A stretch of DNA of 64,000 nucleotides from assembly GCA_951406725.2 (NCBI GenBank), contig OX597828.1:51956001-52020000 (forward strand), written 5' to 3'. This DNA comes from Octopus vulgaris. Its lineage: Eukaryota. Positions 24,487 through 37,535 of the stretch are shown piece after piece. Numbering within the stretch: the stretch's first letter is position 1; every line of letters starts with the position of its first letter. The notes beneath the pieces are model-generated. The model worked only from the letters and a program-made list of their open reading frames with translations, did not search any database and was not told the DNA's origin. The position numbers and the translations under genes are program-made.

Positions 24487-25593
24487 TCACACATACATAT
24501 ATATATGTATATCTTTCAACTACGGTAGTGGTTAAATATATTCTTCAGTCCGCCATTTCGTCAATCGCAGCAGCTTCCAACTTCACCACTAATTCAGTTC
24601 TCAACTAAATTGAATACTGTTAATAGTTTTAAAGAGGACATCTACTCAGCTACACTTTGACATAAATAGTTTGAAATTTGGTTTAGTAGACAAAAATTAC
24701 ATCAAAATATCTGCGACCCCACGGGGGTGGGCAGTAAGGCAGATATTCATCTTCAATTAACATAAATTTTAAAATTTTATATTAAAAGTATACTTTTCCT
24801 AGGCTTAAATGTTACAAAAATGCATGAGGAATTCAGAATCGCTAATCGCATTAAAGAAAAATTAGTAGAAAAAGATTTATGAGGTAAAATGTTACGAAAT
24901 TTTATGTCAGTAAGTAAAGAAGTAAGAGAGTAACGCTTAAGCAATAAGTATAAAGAATATATTTCTAAAATGAAATTTTACATTCTGGGGCGGTGAGCTG
25001 GCAGAAACTTTAGCGCGCCAACCGAAATGCTTCACGGTGTATCGTCCGTCTTATATGTTTTGATATCACATTTTGCCGAAGTTAATTTTGTCGTACAGAT
25101 TATTTAACTAATTTTTTTTAACTAAACACTTTCAATAGTTCACGTGTATAACTACACCAAATAACTATTTAGATATATTCAAAGGAAGGCTTCTTCCTTC
25201 TTATACGTGGATGTGCTTATAATAAATTCCTATGCTTTCAGTTAGCTTGGATTCAAAAGAAGACATTTCACTTAGCAGGATTTTAATTTTCTATCCTAAT
25301 TTCTCCACGCGTGCTATTTATACTACGGCTTCTTAACACATCACTAATAGACATATTGTAAAGAATGCGTAGTCAACAGTTGTATTGTCAATCTTTATTT
25401 CAAGAGTATTAGCCACTGAAGTAAAGTGCTAACGAATGAGAAACAGAACGAGATTTAGTATTTGACTTTTTAGTTTTGGAATATAAGAATCGTTAAACTA
25501 ACACCCGGGAAGAAATTCACATATATAGTATTAAATCTAAAGTGAAGCAACATTAATCGGTTGTGCTTACATACATGCATGCATACATACACA

Positions 25594-25650
<57 letters not shown>

Positions 25651-25855
25651 GCACACACATTCGCACGCAAATACACACACATGTATGGAATAAACCAACT
25701 TCGCTTAATACTGAGTGATTTCTAGATATCTGCCTGGATTTATTTATTCCCTTGTACCTCTTGTTTATATATATATGAAACAAAAGGGAAAAGAGGTTAT
25801 AAATATACATATACATTCCCATTCATACATTCATATATATGCACATATCCATTTA

Positions 25856-25917
<62 letters not shown>

Positions 25918-25930
25918 GCATATAAATAAA

Positions 25931-26352
25931 AAAATGTGACCATGAAAAGTAATATTTTTAAGATTATAAACCTAGACAAGTACAGGACATGTTATTACAC
26001 CAGTAAAAGTATAGGACAAGCTACTACTTCTAGTATAGTAAAGAATAAAAAACTGTTTATTTAAAATATTGCAGCAAAGAATGCCAGTTCTTCTAATTTA
26101 TCATTCTTTACAGTTCTCACCTTTTAAATTTATTGTACAAAGGTGTTCAGCTTATTTGTTAGTTTGTCTAATTAGTCACTCTTTTTTCTGTATTTAACGT
26201 AGTAAATTAGCCAAAATGTACTTAGATAAGTATAGTGTTAATTGTAAACTAAAATAAAATAAGTTTTAATATTTAAATTTTAATTTTAGCTGCAATATTT
26301 TAAGTAAAAAGTTTCTTATTCTTTGCTAGAAGTAATAGCTTGTCCTTGTGCT
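25931..26352. mobile_element. Foldback element related to 43566-44427 (internally deleted)
   Basis: aagattataaaccta...gtacaggaca...aaaatattgcagc and its inverted copy gctgcaatattttaagtaaaaa...ttgtcct. Confidence 0.7.
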
Positions 26353-27603
26353 GATAGTAGAAGTGATTAATATTTCTCAATTTTTCGTTTCCTAATCAAA
26401 GAAAATATTTCAAACATTCCTGGAAGGAAAAGTTGGTAAGAAAACCAGGAATTTTCATCCAGGCTGTGTTTCAATTTCGCATAAGAAATTTCACCATATT
26501 TAGCTGTGAAAGTATATCGAACCGCTTGACCGTTACCAGTCTTTGCTTGATTCTGAAAAGACATAATGAACTCCGTTATTATCCTGTGTTGGTGCTGGGT
26601 TTCGTAGAAGTGATAGGATAAAGTCTATTATCTCTTTAGAGATTATGGTGGAAGGGGGAAAGAAAAATAGAAAGCAAAACGAGGTAAATAGAAGAGTATA
26701 AAACAAAAGGGAAATAGTTGTCCGGGTGATTAATTGAATAAATACTAGGAAGAGTAGCGCTGTATGAAGAGGGGGGAAATGGAAGTATGAAGAGGAGCTC
26801 GAGATGATAGGCTTAAGTATCAGATAAGAAATGTGATGAAGAGAACGAAGAGAAGACGTTGGCGACTATAACGACGATGGCGGCGACGACAGGGAAGAAG
26901 GAAGGGAGGGTAAGGGAGGCGGGGATGGGAGGAGTAGAGCAGGAGAGGTGGAGGAGGGAGAAAGAAGAAAGGAGGAAGAGGAGAGGGATAGGAAAAGGAA
27001 AAAAGAAGAAAAGGGAGGAGGAGACTGAAGAGAAGAAGAAAATGAAGGAGGAAGAAAAAGGAGAAAATAAAGAAGAAGAAAGAGGAGGAGGAGGAGGAGG
27101 AGGGGGAGGAGGAGAAGAAGAAGGGGAGTTCAGCAGCAGCAGAAGACGAAGAAAAAGAAGAAGAAGATAGAGGAGGAGGAGTAGAAAAATGGAAGACGAC
27201 CATCGAAAACAGCAGCAATAATAAAATGAATGTTCGTGGGGTGGCGATGACGAGAGAGTAAATGAGGAAATAATATCGAAAGTAATAAGAAAAGGAAAAC
27301 AAAGGTAAATGAGAAAAAATAAAAGACATAAATGAGAAAAAAAATAATTTAATGAATGTTCTTCTGTTACGACATTCCAATATTTACGGAAAACTAAAGA
27401 ACGGTTGGGAAGAAAATGTCTCTATTTTCATTAAATTGTCTTTGCGGAAATCTTACAGCTATTGTTTGCAGTTTATAAGCAATTAATATCATTTTCTACT
27501 TTGCCTCGGGAAGAGGAATAGAAAGAGCCAGAATTGGTGTCTGTATCTGCCAAGAAAGGGAATAAGAAAAGCAACAACAGGGGAGATAAGTGGTGATTGG
27601 TAC

Positions 27604-27642
<39 letters not shown>

Positions 27643-27801
27643 AATACATATTTATATATAAAGCTCGCCATGTCGCAGTTTACCTATCGCGGTTTATTAT
27701 CTCAGCTTACGTCGATTTCTCTGTAGTGTTGTTTTGCATTTATGATAAAATAAATACATACAAATTATTAAAATAACGGCAATTTCATACACACACACTC
27801 A

Positions 27802-27839
<38 letters not shown>

Positions 27840-27841
27840 GT

Positions 27842-28044
27842 GGAGGCGCAATGGCCTAGTGGTTAGGGCAGCGGACTTGCGGTCGGAGGATCGCGGTTTC
27901 GATTCCCAGACCGGGCGTTGTGTGTGTTTATTGAGCGAAAACACCTAAAAGCTCCACGAGGCTCCGGCAGGAGGTGGTGATCCCTGCTGTACTCAAAAGG
28001 CGGTGCTCCAGCATGGCCGCAGTCAAATGACTGAAACAAGTACA

Positions 28045-28045
<1 letters not shown>
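27842..28045 (+). mobile_element. Chimeric SINE: family B 5' half fused to family C 3' tail
   Basis: ggaggcgcaatggcctagtgg...gatccctgctgtactc joins directly to aaaaggcggtgctccagcatggccgcagtcaaatgactgaaacaagt. Confidence 0.8.
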
Positions 28046-28075
<30 letters not shown>

Positions 28076-28130
28076 TGTATGTATATATATATATATATAT
28101 ATGTATATGTATATATATACATATGCATAC

Positions 28131-28166
<36 letters not shown>

Positions 28167-28170
28167 ATGC

Positions 28171-28208
<38 letters not shown>

Positions 28209-29544
28209 ATTGCTGGCCTTGTGCCAAAATTTGAAACCAATATTATTATTGAAATAAGCAAGCACTAAAAATCTGTCTAGCTGAATGTAGCATTTTCCCT
28301 ACTCTTTGTACCTAGTAATCATAAGCAATGGCCCATCACCCTCAGGGGAGTAATGATATCAACTTTGAGAAATAAGGACAGAAATTAACTTTAAATGATA
28401 AATTCTTATTTTAAAGGACTGAACGTTTTCCCCAACACTTACCGTTACGGTGTTGATTTCTTTGTGAAATTATCAGAGAAATTTGAAATTATTTTGATGT
28501 GTGTCTTTTTTCTTACCAACAACATTTAGTAATTTTTATTTTAACTGGAGTATGTAGAGTGTAAAATGCGGACTAGATTACCCGACCGAGTTTGTGCATA
28601 TTAAGTTCGAAGAGGGAGAGAGGGAGGGAGAGAGAGTAGGTGGGAGAAAGAGAGGGAGTTATTGTGCGTGTCTGTATGTTTGTGTGATTGTGTGATTGTG
28701 TGTGTGTGTGCGTGTGTGTGAATTGAAATGAAGCAGAGTAACACAAGATCAGTACAAAGCAATGATGCCATGATTAACAGCTTTCTTTTACTAAGTGTTG
28801 TTGTTTCACTTTTACTAGTTACTTTCACAAAGCATCAAGATTTCACATACGCACAGATACACAGACACATAGACATAAATACACACACACATACATGCAC
28901 AAACACACACACACACACTCGTACACACACATTTCACACACTCTCATACACAAAAAATTCTGTTATTTCAATAGAGCTGATCACCCATTAAAAGATAACT
29001 TATCCCGAAAGGTCAAGAAAATCGATTCTGTGAACCACTGAATTACGTTAAATAAATATTTTTTTTTTTACCTGTCTACCTATGGATATGTGTACAGAGG
29101 ATGAACCCGGGGTTCAGTGATGTCGATGTAAAGATTTTACAGTAGTAATGTAAGCAATTTGAAAAGACCATAAGACGTTATTGAATAAGTAAGGTTGTAC
29201 AGTCGGGTATTGCGTTGATAAAACTAGGACTCAGCTGATTGTATGCGAAGTGTAAAATGGCGATCTTGGTAGTGAAATCATTGACGGACCAAAGTATTCT
29301 TCATTGACTGTTGGTAGCGTGTCAAAATTTGCCGCGAAGTTGCGGTGATAGTTTCAGTTAATCGAAAGAATATTGGATTGGATTGGATTGGTCGAATAAT
29401 GTTGAAGAATAACTAGCAAAAGCTGTTAGTTGAGATCAAAATAAACCGAAATTTCTAGAAAGCAAAAATTTAATAAAAATAAATGCGCACAGGTATATAC
29501 ATATATATCTTTATTATTATTATTATTATTTCCTTTTATTATTT

Positions 29545-29895
29545 TACTAGATTCAGTCATTTCACTGCGGCCATGCTGGAGCACCGCCTTGAAGGGATTC
29601 GGACAAATGGACCCCGTGACATATTTCTCAAACCTAGTACTTATTCTAAGCGTCTCTTTTGAGGAACTGTTAGTTACTGGGACATAAACACACCAACACC
29701 GGTTGTCAAACGGTGATAGGGAAACGAACAGACACCACACCAGCACTTGTCAACTGGTGTTGGCCTGTTTCCCCACCCCGTAACTTAGTGGTTCTTTAAA
29801 CGAGACCACTGGAATAAGTACCAGGCTTTTAAAAAGAAAATTCAAGGTGGCGACCCAGCATGGCCGCAGTCTAATGACTAAAACAAATAAAAAAT
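29545..29895. mobile_element. Two adjacent oppositely oriented SINE family C 3' halves
   Basis: Minus copy at ~29545-29735 and plus copy at ~29747-29895. Confidence 0.8.
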
Positions 29896-30334
29896 ATAAA
29901 ATATAAGAAAATATGTTTTCTATGTACGTCAATATTTTTGAACTTCCTGACTATTTTTGCAATTCCTATGTGATTAGTTTACACTTAGGTGTCTGTCATG
30001 CAAGTAATTTCTTTTTTTGTATTTTCAACGGACTAATGATATTATCAAGTAAGACTAATGAAAACTGGGAGCTTTTAAAACAATGAATGTTTTGACGTTC
30101 ACTTAAAAAGACATAAATTCAGTTACATGAAAACTTTGCTATCTTTTTGTTAACATGACAAAAGTTTATTAGTTTTCTTTAAAGATAAATGGATTCTTCT
30201 TCTGAAATTAACTATCTTTGTGAGTTAAATAGTTCTTATGAAAAATGTTTCTATGAACAAAGATATCTGGTCTTAGCAGATGTGGCTTAGCAGCTGCGAT
30301 TAGAAATAGTAATTTTATAAATGGTTATTCATTA

Positions 30335-30757
30335 GCAGGCTGTGTTGTAAGTAGCTTGTTTACCAACCACATGGTTCCGGGTTCAGTCCCACTGCGTGGC
30401 ACCTTGGGCAAGTGTCTTCTATTATAGTCTCGGGCTGACCAAAGCCTTGTGAGTGGATTTGGTAGACGGAAACTGAAAGAAGCCCGTCGTATATATGTAT
30501 ATATATATATATATATATATGCATGTGTGTGTTTGTGTGTCTGTGTTTGTCCCCCTAGCATTGCTTGACAACCGATGCTGGTGTGTTTATGTCTCCGTTA
30601 CTTAGCGGTTCGGCAAAAGAGACCGATAGAATAAGTACTGGGCTTACAAAAGAATAAGTCCCGGGGTCGATTTGCTCGACTAAAGGCGGTGCTCCAGCAT
30701 GGCCGCAGTCAAATGACTGAAACAAGTAAAAGAGTAAAGGAGTAAAAGAGTAAGAGT
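30335..30757 (+). mobile_element. SINE family C (near full length)
   Basis: High similarity to 7906-8310; (GTAAAAGA)-like tail repeats. Confidence 0.92.
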
Positions 30758-30960
30758 ATACTTATGACAATTAGTGACTCTGAGGTCGATCTAAAGATTG
30801 TTTGACCAATAAAGTCGTTACACACGCGCGCGCGCACACACACACACACAAAAGAAACAAACACAAGAACGCATGCATACATAGAAGAGAATGAAAACTC
30901 AACACCTCATTGGAGGATAAAGATTCTTTATTTGCAGATTAAGGAGTGGCTGTGTAGTAA

Positions 30961-31257
30961 GGCGGCGAGCTGGCAGGAAACGTTAGCGCGCCGGGCGAAG
31001 TACTTAGCGTTATTTCGTCTGCCGCTACGTTCTGAGTTCAAATTCCGCCGAAGTCGACTTAGCCTTTCATCCTTTCGGAGTCGATTAAATTAGTACCAGT
31101 TACGCACTGGTGTCAATACAATCGACTTAATCCGTTTGTCTCTCCTTGTTTGTCCTCTCTGTGATTAGCCTCTTGTGGGTAGTAAAGAAATAGGTATTTC
31201 GTCTGCCGCTACGTTCTGAGTTCAAATTTCGCCGAGGTCGACTTTGCCTTTCATCCT
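30961..31257 (+). mobile_element. SINE family A, ~1.4 tandem units
   Basis: Full unit, then the junction gtagtaaagaaata|ggtatttcgtctgcc and a partial second unit. Confidence 0.88.
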
Positions 31258-31413
31258 CTATCTGGACGTTTTGTTGTCCCTTTCTTGAATCACCTAACTA
31301 TCTGGATGTTTTTCATTCTTGTCCCATTTTATATTTTTGGTATATATATATATATATATAATATATATAGTGGCGTACGTACACTTTGATCTATCTCTCT
31401 CTCTCTCTATATA

Positions 31414-31466
<53 letters not shown>

Positions 31467-31911
31467 CGGTGCCCCAATATGGCTGTAGTCTAATGACAGA
31501 AACGATATATATATTTAAACACTTTAAAGATATAGACAACGTAACTGTATCTTAGAAGATCAGTATGGAAATGATTTAAATTATAAAATATCTCTTTTAC
31601 TTACTAATCAGTTCATGTAAAATGAATACATTAAGCAGAATGAGATGTTTAAAGGAATTTATTTAATCATTGTTCGTTTGCATAAGAAATATTTGAAAAA
31701 TATTTTTTTTAATATGTTATAAATATATATATATATAATTTTTTCTTGTAAAAATGAACTCTAAATTTTTCTTCATTCTAGACTATGACATTTTAAATGC
31801 AGAGAAAATGACAGAAAATAATTTTTGAATATTTACTTTTTAAATCGATTATAGCATCGAAGACACTAGTTAACCATTCAGAAAGATATAAAAATCATTA
31901 GTTTCTCTTAA

Positions 31912-32125
31912 ACTTTTAGCATTCAAAACGGCTGTATCAGGCCATATTCTACCTGGCTTATGTTCAATCAGGAAAGATCCAAACCCTTTCACCTACATTA
32001 CAATTCTAAAAATAAACAATCACATCATCAGAATTTCAAGGCTACAAGATAATATATGGCTAATTCTATAGAAAGAAAGTGAATTCGTAAGCTTTATATT
32101 TGACAGGAAATATGAATGTCAAAGG
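31912..32125. mobile_element. piggyBac-type MITE copy, followed by a SINE A head (32128-32238)
   Basis: ttaa|acttttagcattc...tgaatgtcaaagg; homologous to 23915-24122. Confidence 0.65.
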
Positions 32126-32332
32126 AGGGGGGCGAGAGGGCAGAAACGCTAGCACGCCGGGCGAAATGCTTAGCGGTATTTCGTCTGCCGCTACGTCCTG
32201 AGTTCAAATTCCGCCGAGGTCGACTTTGCCTTTCATCGTTCTTGATGGTTATGATGATGATGATGATTTTCTACATTGTCGATTGTATTGAGTAATTCTG
32301 CAATTTAATGTAAAATTGTTTTTTATTATGAC

Positions 32333-32384
<52 letters not shown>

Positions 32385-32394
<10 letters not shown>

Positions 32395-32759
32395 AACGGC
32401 AGTTTGTCTGTGCGTGTTTCTGTGTGTCTGTTTTCTTGTACCCTCACCCTGACCACGGCTTTCAACCGATTCTGATGAAACTTGACACACACATAGCCCA
32501 ATGTCATAGCCCAATGTCAAAACTAACGCAGCGAAAATTTTGAAAAGTTCCCCCAGTTCTGAAAAAAATCGATAAATTCGACATGGGGTCGAGAATCAGA
32601 AACACAAACCACAGACTGTCTGGGGGGACGCAACTCGACCTTTTTAACTAAAAAAAAATTTACCATAATTTTTTTTTCCATTTTTTGGCTATAACTCTCT
32701 AAAAATGCTTTATAGTTATTTCCCTTACAATCCTGAGCAACGCCGGGCGATACTGCTAG
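32385..32759 (+). mobile_element. Non-autonomous Helitron
   Basis: 3' GC-rich hairpin cctgagcaacgccgggc, then ...tactgCTAG|T; 5' tatataaacggcagtttgtctgtg with the start buried in (TA)n. Confidence 0.8.
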
Positions 32760-33338
32760 TATATATATATATATATATATGTGTGTGTATGTATGTATGG
32801 AGTAGTGTTATTGTGAGCTACCGCGTTTCTGTATGATTGCACTGAACATTATTGGTAACAAAAATTTCAGTACAAATGTTCTTTCGAAATATCTATTGCT
32901 GTCAGGAAATAGCTCTTGTTATTATGAAGGATTGTCTTAAATTTATTATAGAAATTAAAACGGTAACTTATAAAGCTAATTCTAGATTTTTTTTCATACA
33001 ACATTTTATTACAATTAATATTTTTTTCTTATGTTACTACGAATATCTTGAAGAATAGATTTGGGTATGAAATCATCTGTTGGCACAAATAGATTCATTT
33101 TAGACGCGCATTTGTTAAGATCTGGAATGATGAAAAATGTTCACCTAAAAGATTTGTACTTTATCTGTCTTGTTTAATTAACAACACGTTAACTTAAATT
33201 GTAATGGATGGAAAATTATTATCATTTCAGTTGTTATGTATCAAGCTAACTACTGGTTATTCGGGAAATTACCTACTTACGGCGACTTTGAGCTGACATC
33301 TAAATCATTGAAACTCATTTTCATTGACTTAGATATAT

Positions 33339-34121
33339 ATTTCTTTACTGCCCACAAGGGGCTAAACATAGAGGGGACAAACATGGACAGACAAACGTAT
33401 TAAGTCGATTACATCAACCCCAGTGCGAAACTGGTATTTATTTAATCGACCCCGAAAGGATGAAAGGCAAAGTCGACCTCGGCAGAATTTGAACTCAGAA
33501 CATAACGACAGTCGAAATACCTATTTCTTTGCTACCCACAATGGGCTAAACACAGAGAGGACAAACAAGGACAGACAAACGGATTAAGTCGATTGCATCG
33601 ACCCCAGTGCGAAACTGGTACTTATTTAATCGACCCCGAAAGGATGAAAGGCAAAGTCGACCTCGGCGGAATTTGAACTCAGAACATAACGACAGACGAA
33701 ATACCTATTTCTTTGCTACCCACAATGGGCTAAACACAGAGAGGACAAACAAGGACAGACAAACGGATTAAGTCGATTGCATCGACCCCAGTGCGAAACT
33801 GGTACTTATTTAATCGACCCCGAAAGGATGAAAGGCAAAGTCGACCTCGGCGGAATTTGAACTCAGAACATAACGACATACGAAATACCTATTTCTTTGC
33901 TACCCACAATGGGATAAACACAGAGAGGCCAAACAAGGACAGACAAACGGATTAAGTCGATTATATCGACCCCAGTGCGTAACTGGTACTTATTTAATCG
34001 ACCCCGAAAGGATGAAAGGTAAAGTCGACCTCGGCGGAATTTGAACTTAGAACGTAACGGCAGACGAAATACCGGTAAGCATTTTGCCCGGCGTGCTAAT
34101 GATTCTGTCAGCTAACCGCCC
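33339..34121 (-). mobile_element. SINE family A with four head-to-tail 184-bp units inside one TSD
   Basis: cgaccccgaaagg starts at 33447, 33631, 33815 and 33999. Single head at ~34075-34121. TSD tcattgacttagatatat at 33321-33338 and 34122-34139. Confidence 0.93.
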
Positions 34122-35562
34122 TCATTGACTTAGATATATTGAATTATTTTGCATGTTAAGTAAACAATCTAATGATATAGAATTGCAGAGATCAAGTGGG
34201 ATAATAAGCTACGCGAAAGTTCATTAGTTGCTATTTTCGGATCATTATTATGGACGTGTCAGTAATCTAAGACCATAATTAGCACGACTTAATTACGAGA
34301 GTTTAATTGAAATGAAACCTGTAGGTTTGTGTTAATTCTCTTTGTAATACCAGGATGTTAAAAATATATAGCAAACTGTACTTCGATACGCTTTCTATTT
34401 ACAGCTAGATAAACTATAAAAGAGTGAGCTAAGTATTTTCAAATGTAACATATCAATCTGTATATAAGAACTGTCACAAAATAAAACATTGAAGTAATTA
34501 TTTTCTCTGAAAATTATTATTTCCGTAGGTTTTCTTATTCCAAGTTGAAAAAAATTTTTTTTTTAAGTAAGCTAAGAATTTGAATGTTTTAATTCATAAC
34601 TGGATTTCAATTGCACTAAAAAAAAAGCTAGAATTGATTTCTTTTTTTTACAGGTATTGTTCTTTGAAAAGCAGCGAGAAATACAATACGTACTTCACTT
34701 GTTAACTTCGTAGAATTCATTCTTTACATTTATACGGTTTGCTTTTTTTTTTTTTTTTTTTTGTAAATGGAGAATATCAACAATATATCTAGAACTCGTT
34801 AGCTGCCTGTTTTAAAATTTTGAGATAAAACAGATGTAAATAAATATTTTTAATTTTTACATTTTAATTTTGAGAGTTTTAGTGTAGTGGTATTCATGTG
34901 CGAAGTTATATAATGAACTTTAATGATGTGAGTAAAAGGAAATTAATTCTATTGCAAATGAAGTCTACTGTCTCAGATTCCATGTTATTTAGGTAACTTT
35001 GATCGTTAAGACATTAATTACGAGTGTTCAAATGAAACGACACCAAAGAGTTAAAAGCATAAAATCAAATGTAAGATCGAATAGCGGCAGTCTCTTTATG
35101 AAACATTTCGAAGTTGAGTAAATCGATTTCCTGTAACGTAAGATGTTAAAATGTAAAACGTCACGGTGGCGGGTTAAAGTTCAAAACGGGAAGATAACTT
35201 AGAAGAACGTAAGCAAATTTTAAAGAGTGAAAAGGAAAAATTTAAGGCGCAGAGATGGGAACAGAAAATATATTTAGGGATTGCCAAACTACAAACATGT
35301 GCAAGGGGAGATGTCTTTAAGTTTAGAAGATAAGGAATTTCTCAGAGTTTAGATAAAGTCCTTGACTTATAACTAAGAGATTTCCAAGAGATGGTGTGAT
35401 TAATTAATTTATTTACCGGTCAAGTTTCACAAGTGTTCGCTTTTGTGGATGAGAAGATCGCCGAACGGATAACCTAAACGGCTGGTTTAACCCACGTATA
35501 AGCATTTGCTGAGTTTATGAGCAATGCAGTTGCTGTTGTTGTTGTTCAGTCCGAGAGCAGGC

Positions 35563-35738
35563 ACTCTTTTACTCTTTTACTTGTTTCAGTCATTTGACTG
35601 CGGCCATGCTGGAACACCGCCTTTAGTACTTATTCTATCGGTCTCTTTTTGCCGAACCGCTAGGTGACGGGCACGTAAACACACCAGCATCGGTTGTCAA
35701 GCAATGCTAGGGGGACAAACACAGACACACAAACATAT

Positions 35739-35779
<41 letters not shown>

Positions 35780-35926
35780 ACAGGCTTCTTTCAGTTTCCG
35801 TCTACCAAATCCACTCACAAGGTATTGGTCGGCCCGGGGCTATAGCAGAAGACACTTGCCCAAGATGCCACGCAGTGGGACTGAACCCGGAACCATGTGG
35901 TTGGTAAGCAAGCTACTTACCACACA
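35563..35926 (-). mobile_element. SINE family C
   Basis: Reverse complement of 7906-8310 with an internal deletion. Confidence 0.9.
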
Positions 35927-36118
35927 CACATTCCTGGTTAAGAAAACGTGATCAAAGAGGTTTTTGATGATTTCTCATCATTTTATATATTAGAATCTAT
36001 TAGAGCCTACGGTATTCCATGGTGTGTTGTGGTTTGAAAGAGAAGTGGCTGCAATTTCTCATACAATAATAATACACGTAGTGATTCCCTTTTTCACTCG
36101 AGATTATATAGTAAATAG

Positions 36119-36452
36119 TGAAGGCGCATGGCTCAGTGGTTAGAGCGTCGGGATCAAAATCATGAGGTAGCAAGTTCGATTCCCGGACCGGTCTGTGTTG
36201 TATTCTTGAGCAAGACACTTTATATAACGTTGCTCAAGTTTACTTAGCCGTAGAAATGAGTTGCGACGTGACTGGTGCCAGTCTGTATCGGCCTTTGCCT
36301 TTCTCTTGGATAACATCGGTGGCGTGGAGAGAGGTGACCTCTGTGAACGGGAGACTGCTGGTCTTCCAAAAATAACCTTGCCCGAATTTGTGTCTCCAAG
36401 GGTAAATTTCTAGATTCAATCTCATGGTTATTCATGACCGAAGGGGGTCTTT
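36119..36452 (+). mobile_element. tRNA-derived SINE (D-like head and core, distinct tail)
   Basis: A box tggctcagtggttaga, B box agttcgattccc, ttcttgagcaagacactt core. Confidence 0.8.
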
Positions 36453-36628
36453 TCTAATATAATAAAAAAGGTTTTGAGAAGCACAGTCAGAGCGGTTTAG
36501 GAGTTGGGCTTGAAGGCCTAGTTATGTGTATTCTATTGGAAATGAGGGGAATAAATGTAACGAATTGAACGTGCATGTTTGAAGGTGTCAAAATTTAAAT
36601 TTCGAAGAGAAGAAAGTTTCTAGTCAAT

Positions 36629-37017
36629 GGAATGGAAGTACTCCGTCGGTTACGACGACGAGGGTTCCGGTTGATCCGATCAACGGAACAGCCTGCTCGT
36701 GAAATTAACGTGTAAGTGGCTGAGCACTCCACAGACACGTGTACCCTTAACGTAGTTCTCGGGGATATTCAGCGTGACACAGAGAGTGACAAGGCCGGCC
36801 CCTTGAAATACAGGTACAACAGAAACAGGAAGTAGGAGTGAGAGAAAGTTGTGTTGAAAGAGTACAGCAGGGATCACCACCATCCCCTGCCGGAACCTCG
36901 TGGAGCTTGTAGGTGTTTTCGCTCAATAAACACTCACAACGCCCGGTCTGGGAATCGAAACCGCGATCCTATGACTGCGAGTCCGCTGCCATAACCACTG
37001 GGCCATTGCGCCTCCAC
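36629..37017 (-). mobile_element. SINE family B, full length
   Basis: Near-identical to 5306-5666; TSD tctagtcaat at 36619-36628 and 37018-37027. Confidence 0.93.
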
Positions 37018-37535
37018 TCTAGTCAATAGATCAATTTGAACTACGATTCGACAGACAGCTGTATAGCAAAACACCATACCTTTTGTCTTGGGATTTCTTT
37101 ACCCCTCAGACATTAATAACGTCCTCCCTTCCTATAACTCGAATTCCTCTTTCTAAAACGCTTGCAACTGAGCAGCCTCTGATATGCCATTATTTCGTTT
37201 ATTTGATCATAACTTTCTCTTCCTACGTCATTTTTTCAAATTATCTACCTATGTGTTTACGCTATTCAGAATGTTCTTGCGTTCATCTCTATACATCGAC
37301 CGATGTCTCATGATCAATTCAAAGTTTCTACAGCAGCTGTAGAATGTTAAACCATAAATCTGTGCACTTATTTCCATCAGATCTATTATTGTTCCATATG
37401 TCCTGGTCGCAGCATTACTATCTCATAATATTTGTCATCGAAATATCTATAAATTTTCACTAGTCATAGATTTCCTCTTGTTTTTATCGCTTATCATTAA
37501 TTGTTCATGTCCTCTCCATTATTCATGAATATATT

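Noticed and set aside
24500-24960. DNA-transposon-like subterminal sequence
   Set aside because: No TIR pair or TSD could be identified.
33339-34121. Regular repeats resembling a CRISPR array or a ribozyme-based satellite
   Set aside because: The units are full-length near-identical SINE segments with no unique spacers, and I found no hammerhead fold on either strand.
34654-34690. Possible micro-exon (tttttttacag...gtac)
   Set aside because: Only splice-like motifs, which are common in AT-rich DNA; no supporting evidence.
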